Positions 1 through 5,031 of a stretch of DNA of 5,031 nucleotides are shown here, piece by piece. The notes beneath the pieces are model-generated. The model saw nothing but the letters and a program-made list of their open reading frames with translations, was not told the DNA's origin and ran no database searches. A program made the translations under genes and the position numbers. Each line of letters begins with the position of its first letter. The stretch's first letter is position 1. Source of the stretch: a virus (lineage: Duplodnaviria > Heunggongvirae > Uroviricota > Caudoviricetes); IMG/VR virus record IMGVR_UViG_3300039368_000063. One strand, written 5' to 3'.

Positions 1-76
1 CACGGGAATATCTGCGGCAGTGGGCCAGTGATGGGTTAAGTGATAACAGGTGTCTGGAAATATAGGGGCAAATCCA
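1..76 (+). mobile_element. Right terminus of an IS2-like (IS3 family) insertion sequence, including the last 21 codons of the transposase (orfB/InsD-like) and the terminal inverted repeat
   Basis: Plus-strand frame 3 reads ...REYLRQWASDGLSDNRCLEI* with the stop at 63-65. Bases ~36-76 (ggttaagtgataacaggtgtctggaaatataggggcaaatcca) match the IS2 right end as I recall it, with few mismatches. Integrase-like coding on the opposite strand begins immediately at 77. The rest of the IS lies upstream of the window. Confidence 0.7.
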
Positions 77-212
77 CTTTGTCTGTTCCGAGTCCGTGAA
101 ATTTTCCAGTCACAGGATTTTTATACTGGTAGTAAACTCTGCCAGTTCTGCGATCAAACTTTTCGTAAAGACCGGCTACGTCAGTGCTGTTTTTTCGTGG
201 CCTCGGTGACAT
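77..212 (-). pseudogene. Lambda-family tyrosine integrase, N-terminal fragment (~45 codons) truncated by the IS2-like insertion
   Basis: ATG at 212..210 on the minus strand gives MSPRPRKNSTDVAGLYEKFDRRTGRVYYQYKNPVTGKFHGLGTDK. This parallels the lambda Int N-terminal arm-binding region (LY..G.YY.Y..P.TGK..GLG.D). The reading frame runs into the IS terminus at 76/77 and hits a stop at 38..36 inside IS sequence. The start overlaps the 3' end of xis by 32 nt, as int does in lambdoid phages. Confidence 0.7.
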
Positions 213-450
213 GAGTTAAAATCTCCTTCAGTGCATCATCATCGCCAGTATGAATTTCCGGCGCAATTCCCGTTTCACCAGGCCCAACAAATACTGCTCG
301 GCGATCTATCAGCCAACGCCCACGAATTTTTTGTGGTCTTGGAACGATGTATCCTAGTTTTCCGTATTTCACCAGGGTAGTGTTTGTTATTGGGAGACTG
401 AACCGTTTTGGTTTCCACTCGTCGAGCGTTATCAGGTACTGTTCGCTCAT
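181..450 (-). CDS. xis: Excisionase (lambda Xis-like)
   Basis: The ORF track gives 181..459 from a GTG; the first ATG is at 450..448 with GGAG about 8 nt upstream. The product MSEQYLITLDEWKPKRFSLPIT...GYIVPRPQKIRGRWLIDRRAV resembles the lambda Xis N-terminus (MYLTLQEW...RIFPPPVKDGREYLFHESAV). It sits directly upstream of, and overlapping, the int start. Confidence 0.7.
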   Translation of the reverse strand: MSEQYLITLDEWKPKRFSLPITNTTLVKYGKLGYIVPRPQKIRGRWLIDRRAVFVGPGETGIAPEIHTGDDDALKEILTHVTEATKKQH

Positions 451-511
451 GGCTATCACTCCGGAACGCGCCAGTTGCAGAATATCAACGACAACTGGCG
501 ACGGTTGAACA

Positions 512-2950
512 TTAAAAATCAGCCTGACTCGGGATCAGTTTTTGCCAGATAACTGAAACGTATTTTGCCTGGTAACGGGCGTCATCAAGTGCATTATGGC
601 GCTCACCTTCGAATGGAATAGCCGTTCTGGCATCGAAGTCTATGGCTTTCCCCAGCTCAACGATTGTGCGTACATCTCGATCGTTGTAGTAACGCCACGG
701 GCAGGGGATCCCCTGCCGTTCGTATGAACGGCGCAAAATCGTGTTGTCGAAGTTGGCTCCATTTCCCCAGACCTGAACAAAAAATTCACCGGAGTTTTCG
801 TCGATAAATTCCCGCAATTGTAACAGTGCATCATCTAACGGGATTTCATCGGTCATAATGGCAGATTGCGCTTCGCGTGATTGCTTAAGCCACCATTTAA
901 TGGTGTCCCGATCAATGACCCCGCCAGCAGTTTCCAGATCGATAGTCTTACTAAATTCCGGTCCCATATCTCCGGTTTGCGGATCGAAAAATATTGCACC
1001 TATTGAGATGATCGGGGCATCAGGATTTTTTCCCATGGTTTCAAGGTCGATCATTAGATGGTCACACGTCCTGCTGGTGGATGTGATAACATGATGACCG
1101 TTCACCGTAATTAAGGGATCTGCCGTCTCGCCAGTTTCACTATCGCTGGCGTGATCCTGAGCGCTGCCAGCATTCTCCTTGTGTGGATGTTCAGCGCCTT
1201 CCATTTCCTTCGGATCATTTTCCTGAACTTCAACCTGATTCTCTTCATCGAATGTTTCCTGGTATGTTGCGTCGCCCATCACCGCGCCACAATCAGGGCA
1301 GTTGCCGCCGCCGGTCTGACCGCAGGCGGTGCAGATCTTTTCCGGTTCCTGTTGCACTACTGGTTCAGGTTGTTTCGTTTCTGGCTCGTTTTGTAACGCA
1401 TTTGGGCTGTTTTGTTCCGCTTTCTGGTCGTTCTGTTCCGATTCTTGCTGGTTCTGGTTTACAGAATCGCGGGTTTCAATCCCCTTTACCCATTTCGGAT
1501 CATTCGGGTCGCTAATCCCTGCAACAAATTCTCCGCGAGAGGCAGCAAGCAACTTATCGGCGTCAGGCTGGCTGATATTGGCTGCCTGCATAATTTTGTT
1601 TACTTCGTCAGCGGTAACTTTTACCTGTGACTTGTCATCCAGCGGCTGCGGGTCCTGATGATGTTCAACTGTATCCGCTGCCATTGTTTCAGCCGTTGCC
1701 TGTTCATCTGCCATTGCGCCAGATGGTTGCGGGTTATCTTCATCATTTTTTTCTTCTTCTGTTTTGCACTCAGCAGCCAGTCCGCCGTTAATTTCTTCCA
1801 GGATATCTTTTTCCGGTGTATGCCGGGCAGCCATGAGCGTTTCAGCTGTGGGATTCTCGTGATCAGTTTCTGTCAGGTTGGCATTGATATACCCCTGAAG
1901 GCGCCCCGGGTAGTGATAAAACTCAGGGTGGGCGCTTCGGATAAGTGCAAAAATAGCTGCGCGGGAATAGTCCAGGATACCAGGGGTTGCGCGAAGTGCT
2001 GCGGACCATTCCCTGAACGGACTTTCTTTTTTCAGGACGATTTCTTTTGCGCGACGATAAACGCTGCCCGGAATTTCATAAATATTAAAATCCATCGGAA
2101 GTGTGGCTGCTGCAATCTCCACATCCAGCGCATCGAAGGTGTGTACTAAATTCGGATTGCGATCGGTTTTGTTCCCGCCACCGGCATTTGCACCGGAAGC
2201 CGTACGGGTGATACGCGAAACACGATTTCCTTTCATCCACTCTTTTGTCAGCAGACCCCGATCAGTGTAATCAGCGTCCAGGTATGCCTCGAAAAAAGCA
2301 GTTATCAGTCCCAGGTCTGAATTACCGGGATTAGGGAAAACTTTGTCAGTGTCGCGTACCAGTTTGTGAAGGTCGCGAATCTCCAGCGGGTCGAGCAGCT
2401 TTGTTTTGTGAGAAATGGCCAGGGCAGTAACAGCCGGCAGTTCTTCCGCCCGTGCTATATGTAATGCCTGAAGTTCTTCCCGTGCAACGTGCGTTACTGG
2501 TTTTTCGCTGCTGTGTTGCGCAAGCCAGCGAATGGGCAGCTCCTGACCAGAAACCGGCAGGAGCATATTCTCCTCAATCTCCGTCATGTCTTCGCCGTTG
2601 ACGTTGGTATTGTCAGTACTGGCTGGTTTCTCCTGCACGGAGGGAGAGGGCGCGATAAATACCATTGTAATGCCATCTTCCCCGCCTTTTTCGTATCGGT
2701 TGCAGAATTCGGTATCAAACACGCCTTCAGGTGGAAGGTCATTCACAACGGGTAAATGGACGCGAACGGGTTTTTTAAAGTCGTCTTCATCATAATCGTT
2801 GTCATCCATTGCGGTAATGCAGCGGGAGATGGCAACAGATAATTTTTTTGCTGTAGTCCAGTAAAAACCACCTTTAATTCCCAGACGTTTTCTGACTTTG
2901 TCATTTTTTGCTTCGCAATATAGCGCAAATTCTTCTTTATCAGTGCTCAT
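512..2950 (-). CDS. 812-aa prophage exonuclease: RecE (exonuclease VIII)-like N-terminal region + acidic Q/E-rich linker with a C4 zinc ribbon + C-terminal DEDDh (DnaQ/RNase T-like) 3'-5' exonuclease domain; probable intact counterpart of the Qin ydfE locus
   Basis: ATG at 2950 with GAGG 7 nt upstream; TAA at 514..512. Residues 630-812 carry the three DEDDh motifs: MIDLETMG (D635, E637), [12 protein letters not shown] (D735) and [13 protein letters not shown] (H785, D790). Residues 540-554 are [16 protein letters not shown] (C-x2-C-x7-C-x2-C). The N-terminal ~390 aa resemble, from memory, the N-terminal region of Rac RecE; this needs confirming by alignment. The gene sits where exo sits in a lambda pL operon, between dicB/ydfD and xis. 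Confidence 0.85.
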   Translation of the reverse strand: MSTDKEEFALYCEAKNDKVRKRLGIKGGFYWTTAKKLSVAISRCITAMDDNDYDEDDFKKPVRVHLPVVNDLPPEGVFDTEFCNRYEKGGEDGITMVFIAPSPSVQEKPASTDNTNVNGEDMTEIEENMLLPVSGQELPIRWLAQHSSEKPVTHVAREELQALHIARAEELPAVTALAISHKTKLLDPLEIRDLHKLVRDTDKVFPNPGNSDLGLITAFFEAYLDADYTDRGLLTKEWMKGNRVSRITRTASGANAGGGNKTDRNPNLVHTFDALDVEIAAATLPMDFNIYEIPGSVYRRAKEIVLKKESPFREWSAALRATPGILDYSRAAIFALIRSAHPEFYHYPGRLQGYINANLTETDHENPTAETLMAARHTPEKDILEEINGGLAAECKTEEEKNDEDNPQPSGAMADEQATAETMAADTVEHHQDPQPLDDKSQVKVTADEVNKIMQAANISQPDADKLLAASRGEFVAGISDPNDPKWVKGIETRDSVNQNQQESEQNDQKAEQNSPNALQNEPETKQPEPVVQQEPEKICTACGQTGGGNCPDCGAVMGDATYQETFDEENQVEVQENDPKEMEGAEHPHKENAGSAQDHASDSETGETADPLITVNGHHVITSTSRTCDHLMIDLETMGKNPDAPIISIGAIFFDPQTGDMGPEFSKTIDLETAGGVIDRDTIKWWLKQSREAQSAIMTDEIPLDDALLQLREFIDENSGEFFVQVWGNGANFDNTILRRSYERQGIPCPWRYYNDRDVRTIVELGKAIDFDARTAIPFEGERHNALDDARYQAKYVSVIWQKLIPSQADF

Positions 2951-3042
2951 TGATAAACCTCATTACAGATTTAAGGGTGAACAAATCCCTGCCATTGCTG
3001 GCATTTTTAATCCGTTGGTATGGTGTTAATATGGCTGGAGGG

Positions 3043-3231
3043 TTATCCAGCCGGTGTTTCGTTATTCAGGTACAGCGATACTTTTTTTACCGGGAGGCAT
3101 TCACCAGAAATTTTTTGCTCGTCTCTTGCCTGGAGGCAGGATTCTTTACTGGCATAAATTCCGGTAATCACATTCTGTGATTCACCCGTTATAAGAAAAA
3201 CCGTCATCATCAGTGCAAATGCTGAAGTCAT
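3043..3231 (-). CDS. ydfD: YdfD-like small prophage protein (reported lysis-type toxic protein of Qin), N-terminal hydrophobic segment
   Basis: 62 aa, MTSAFALMMTVFLITGESQ...EQKISGECLPVKKV...ETPAG, with a hydrophobic N-terminus. Its ATG (3231..3229) overlaps the dicB stop (ATGA), so the two are translationally coupled. The position immediately after dicB and the size match the Qin dicB-ydfD arrangement. Confidence 0.75.
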   Translation of the reverse strand: MTSAFALMMTVFLITGESQNVITGIYASKESCLQARDEQKISGECLPVKKVSLYLNNETPAG

Positions 3232-3416
3232 TGACGCTCTCCGAAAATACCAAGTTCAAGAAGAGCAATTCGGGAAAGTATGGAATTATCATTGAGCAGA
3301 TAAGGCTCATATTTCCTCATATTAATGGCATCTTCAGTAAACTCCCGGTTACTGAGCAGAACACCAATATCAAAACAACCTTCAGACGTATTAACGTTTG
3401 GTAATAACGTTTCCAT
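3228..3416 (-). CDS. dicB: DicB cell-division inhibitor (MinC-dependent division inhibitor of Qin-type prophages)
   Basis: 62 aa, METLLPNVNTSEGCFDIGVLLSNREFTEDAINMRKYE... closely parallels E. coli DicB (M.TLLPNVNTSEGCF.IGV..SN..FTEDAIN.RK). GAGGA lies 7 nt upstream of the ATG. The gene is about 180 bp downstream of the DicF terminator, as in Qin. Confidence 0.9.
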   Translation of the reverse strand: METLLPNVNTSEGCFDIGVLLSNREFTEDAINMRKYEPYLLNDNSILSRIALLELGIFGERQ

Positions 3417-3594
3417 TATCGCGTCCTCAACAATGAATTTTGTGATGCAGTGCCTGGTGCCTCCAGGTGACGTTAACCAGTTAACAATTAACGCCGGGTT
3501 AGTTGATGCTCGTTACGCCAGTAAAAGACCGCCTTACTGCTTTAACTGTTCCGCGTGCGCATAGCCGCATTCACCGCATCACAAAATTCACTTT

Positions 3595-3652
3595 AAAAAG
3601 GGCGGCAGAGCAGTCACGGAGTAAAACTGATACCGCCAAACGTCACCAGAAA
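3595..3652 (-). ncRNA. dicF: DicF small regulatory RNA (Hfq-dependent antisense regulator of ftsZ and other mRNAs) with its intrinsic terminator
   Basis: The reverse complement of 3600-3652 is TTTCTGGTGACGTTTGGCGGTATCAGTTTTACTCCGTGACTGCTCTGCCGCCC. This matches the 53-nt E. coli DicF as I recall it. It ends in a GC stem (GGCGG...CCGCC) followed by TTTTT (3599..3595). Confidence 0.9.
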
Positions 3653-3956
3653 ATTGATAACAGAGGGCGTTGCAGCGGGGTTGTCACTTAAGCGTATGGT
3701 CAACCTGACAACCCGGTGTCCTCAACGGGGAAGGAATAACCCCGTCATACTTACCGCCGCGCCATTTCGCGGAGTGTCACAACCGGAAGCGCACGGTCGA
3801 CGAAAATTTAACGACAGGCTATCTATGAACCAGCTACCTCGCCGTGCGCTTTCGCGTTATGGTCTGACTTTTCATGGAAATATCCTTTCAGTAAACTGTC
3901 AGTGCCGGATTCTTATCCGTGTCCGGCGCACGCACTCTACCTCACCTGTGAATAAA

Positions 3957-4331
3957 TTAATGATTAATTGATATTTTGTTGTTTGATTCAACTTTCCCAT
4001 CGGATGTGTGATGCTTTAAATCACAGGAATTAATACTGCTTGCTGTAAAATGATTTTCAAGGGGAGCTATTCGAATCCCTTTCTTTTTCATTAACAAGCC
4101 AAATCCTTTATTAATGATGTCCATTAATTCCAGAAAGTATTTTTCATGTAAATCCTGGTTATCAGAGAGCTGCTTCTCTTCGTACAGCCCGATAAAGGCT
4201 TGGCGTACGTTACCGGATATATTGTCGATGGTTTCTTTTTCTACGGTACTCAGGTCAAGAGTCGCCAGTTGAGAGCGAACCACATTCGCTGCCATTTCCT
4301 GGAATGGCATTGGTAAATCTTTAAATTCCAT
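3957..4331 (-). CDS. Hypothetical protein, 124 aa, acidic and predicted helical, in a visibly AT-rich segment; no family recognised
   Basis: ATG at 4331 with GAGG 6 nt upstream, 22 bp after the ydfC-like stop. MEFKDLPMPFQEMAANVVRSQLATLDLSTVEKETIDNISGNVRQAFIGLYEEKQLSDNQDLHEKYFLELMDIINKGFGLLMKKKGIRIAPLENHF... The base composition is noticeably more AT-rich than the flanking genes. The C-terminal ~25 aa are low-complexity, so the true stop could be artefactually late. Confidence 0.6.
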   Translation of the reverse strand: MEFKDLPMPFQEMAANVVRSQLATLDLSTVEKETIDNISGNVRQAFIGLYEEKQLSDNQDLHEKYFLELMDIINKGFGLLMKKKGIRIAPLENHFTASSINSCDLKHHTSDGKVESNNKISINH

Positions 4332-4353
4332 TATTAGCCTCGTTGGTTAGCTA

Positions 4354-4572
4354 TTAACGCGGGTATGTAATCATTCTGGCAATGCTTAATGCCGCTGCTT
4401 TTTCCAGCCTGGTGATATCCTGCTCCAGAGCGGACAGATTTTCAGCCTGCTTAGCCCTGGCTTCATTGGCCCATTTCAGGTCCTGCGCAGCCTTAATTTT
4501 CTGGTGTATCCACTCATAAAGTTCATCATCGGTATAGTCTGGCACGATGATGACGGGTTCTCGTTTCTGCAT
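4354..4572 (-). CDS. ydfC: YdfC-like small protein (72 aa), predicted coiled-coil
   Basis: ATG at 4572 with GAGGAA 6 nt upstream. The 72-aa size and the third position in the operon match Qin ydfC. The sequence MQKREPVIIVPDYTDDELYEWIHQKIKAAQDLKWANEARAKQAENLSALEQDITRLEKAAALSIARMITYPR is protein-like. Identity to K-12 YdfC is inferred from synteny and length, not from remembered sequence. Confidence 0.65.
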   Translation of the reverse strand: MQKREPVIIVPDYTDDELYEWIHQKIKAAQDLKWANEARAKQAENLSALEQDITRLEKAAALSIARMITYPR

Positions 4573-4601
4573 ACTGATTCCTCGCGGTGCTGTTTCGCTT
4601 A

Positions 4602-4730
4602 TCAGCCGTTAGATTTTGCCGAACTGGAAAGCGCCTGTTTAAACTCACTGAAGCTGAGGGCTTCTTCGCCTTCGGCAAGGCCTTCGAAGTATTCTTCGTA
4701 AGCCTTTTCCATGATTGTGTTGAAATCCAT
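4602..4730 (-). CDS. ydfB: YdfB-like micro-protein (42 aa), acidic
   Basis: Not in the ORF track because it is too short; found by hand. ATG at 4730..4728, AGGTGA upstream, TGA at 4604..4602. MDFNTIMEKAYEEYFEGLAEGEEALSFSEFKQALSSSAKSNG. It starts 1 nt after the ydfA-like stop. The 42-aa length and position match Qin ydfB. Confidence 0.55.
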   Translation of the reverse strand: MDFNTIMEKAYEEYFEGLAEGEEALSFSEFKQALSSSAKSNG

Positions 4731-4731
4731 A

Positions 4732-4887
4732 TCACTCACCTGAGTTTCTTTCCAGCCAGCGACGGGCACCATTTTCGGTTTTAAACGTTTTGCTTTTGGT
4801 ATACGTCATCGCGGTGAACGTACCGTCCTGGTTGGGGAACACGCCACATACCAGAGATTCGCTGTTGCCAAGATCGATAGTATCCAT
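4732..4887 (-). CDS. ydfA: YdfA-like micro-protein (51 aa), first gene of the dicB-type operon
   Basis: Found by hand. ATG at 4887..4885 with GAGGT 5 nt upstream, TGA at 4734..4732. MDTIDLGNSESLVCGVFPNQDGTFTAMTYTKSKTFKTENGARRWLERNSGE. The 51-aa length and position match Qin ydfA. Caveat: the same frame stays open upstream to the window edge, so a longer ORF starting outside the window cannot be excluded. Confidence 0.5.
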   Translation of the reverse strand: MDTIDLGNSESLVCGVFPNQDGTFTAMTYTKSKTFKTENGARRWLERNSGE

Positions 4888-5007
4888 GCTGACCTCATTT
4901 CCCCTTAACGCCGGGGTAGCGGAACAAAAACCTGCTGCATAGTTATTAAAGTTTGAACCGCCCCGGGAATCCTGGAGACTAAACTTCCTGAGAAAGAGGT
5001 AAACAGG
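4888..5007. promoter_or_regulatory. Putative control region upstream of the minus-strand early operon, possibly divergent with a plus-strand gene starting at 5008
   Basis: 120-bp non-coding gap between the ydfA-like start and a plus-strand ATG. It contains AT-rich stretches (catagttattaaagtttgaa) flanked by GC-rich partial inverted repeats (gccggggtagcgg / ccgccccggg). I could not place confident -35/-10 hexamers. Confidence 0.3.
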
Positions 5008-5031
5008 ATGACTAAAAATACTCGTTTTTCC
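5008..5031 (+). CDS. Start of an unidentified plus-strand ORF (MTKNTRFS...), running off the window
   Basis: ATG at 5008 preceded by a strong Shine-Dalgarno (aaAGAGGTaaacagg ATG). Only 8 codons are visible, so no product call is possible. A minus-strand frame ending at 4905 overlaps antisense and is the alternative. Confidence 0.3.

Noticed and set aside
181-459. GTG start at 459 for xis, as listed in the ORF track (92 aa)
   Set aside because: The first ATG at 450 has a better-placed Shine-Dalgarno and gives an N-terminus (MSEQYLITLDEW) that aligns with the lambda Xis start. The GTG start is not excluded.
1380-1460. Apparent short tandem repetition at the nucleotide level (gttctg, tctggt, ttccg motifs)
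   Set aside because: It is a by-product of coding the Q/E/N-rich low-complexity linker of the exonuclease, not a repeat array or CRISPR. There are no regular spacers and no direct repeats of CRISPR length.
640-2928. Numerous ORFs of 61-163 aa overlapping the exonuclease gene on either strand (e.g. 858..1094+, 1151..1396+, 1183..1515+, 1329..1658+, 1412..1630+, 1658..2149+, 2489..2755+, 2586..2795+, 640..834-, 2743..2928-)
   Set aside because: All lie inside the single 812-aa reading frame, which has a coherent domain structure. Their translations are Cys/Arg/Phe-rich and low-complexity, and none has a convincing RBS. They are typical out-of-frame or antisense artefacts.
2987-3008. Short hairpin tgcca-ttgc-tggca followed by TTTTT on the plus strand, which could be read as an intrinsic terminator
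   Set aside because: The stem is only 5 bp, and there is no plus-strand gene upstream for it to terminate. It lies in the minus-strand ydfD-exonuclease intergenic spacer and is more likely incidental or a minor RNA structure.
2908-3180. Plus-strand ORF 2908..3180 (90 aa)
   Set aside because: It is antisense across the ydfD-exonuclease junction, has no RBS, and the minus-strand genes account for the region.
3213-3564. Plus-strand ORFs 3213..3404 and 3325..3564
   Set aside because: They are antisense to dicB and the dicB-DicF spacer, while the minus-strand dicB reading is strongly supported by its translation.
3503-3971. Plus-strand ORFs 3503..3691 (62 aa) and 3654..3971 (105 aa)
   Set aside because: They are antisense to DicF and its structured leader. 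The products are Arg-rich and low-complexity, as expected when reading GC-rich structured RNA on the wrong strand.
4504-4784. ORFs 4504..4701+, 4587..4784+ and 4526..4735- overlapping the ydfA/ydfB/ydfC-like genes
   Set aside because: They are alternative-frame or antisense readings with basic low-complexity products. The three small minus-strand ORFs each have an RBS and match the Qin gene sizes.
4888-5031. Minus-strand frame in phase with the ydfA-like ATG stays open to the window edge, suggesting a longer protein
   Set aside because: There is no in-frame start codon in 4888-5031, an RBS sits directly before the ATG at 4887, and the resulting 51-aa product matches the expected ydfA size. 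It is kept as a caveat, not a call.

Overview
The window lies inside a lambdoid, Qin/Kim-like cryptic prophage of an Escherichia-like enterobacterium. Almost all coding is on the minus strand as one tightly packed leftward early operon, read from high to low coordinates: ydfA/ydfB/ydfC-like micro-ORFs (4887->4354), an AT-rich 124-aa ORF of unknown function (4331->3957), a ~300-bp GC-rich structured leader, the DicF sRNA (3652->3600), dicB (3416->3228), ydfD (3231->3043), an 812-aa multidomain exonuclease (2950->512), xis (450->181), and a 45-codon integrase stub (212->78) cut off by the terminus of an IS2-like element (1-76). I see no CRISPR array, tRNA or rRNA. The best candidates for something undescribed are the 812-aa exonuclease and the 124-aa ORF; the rest is a recognisable dicB module. 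All identifications are by reading the translations and recall of known sequences; no searches were run.
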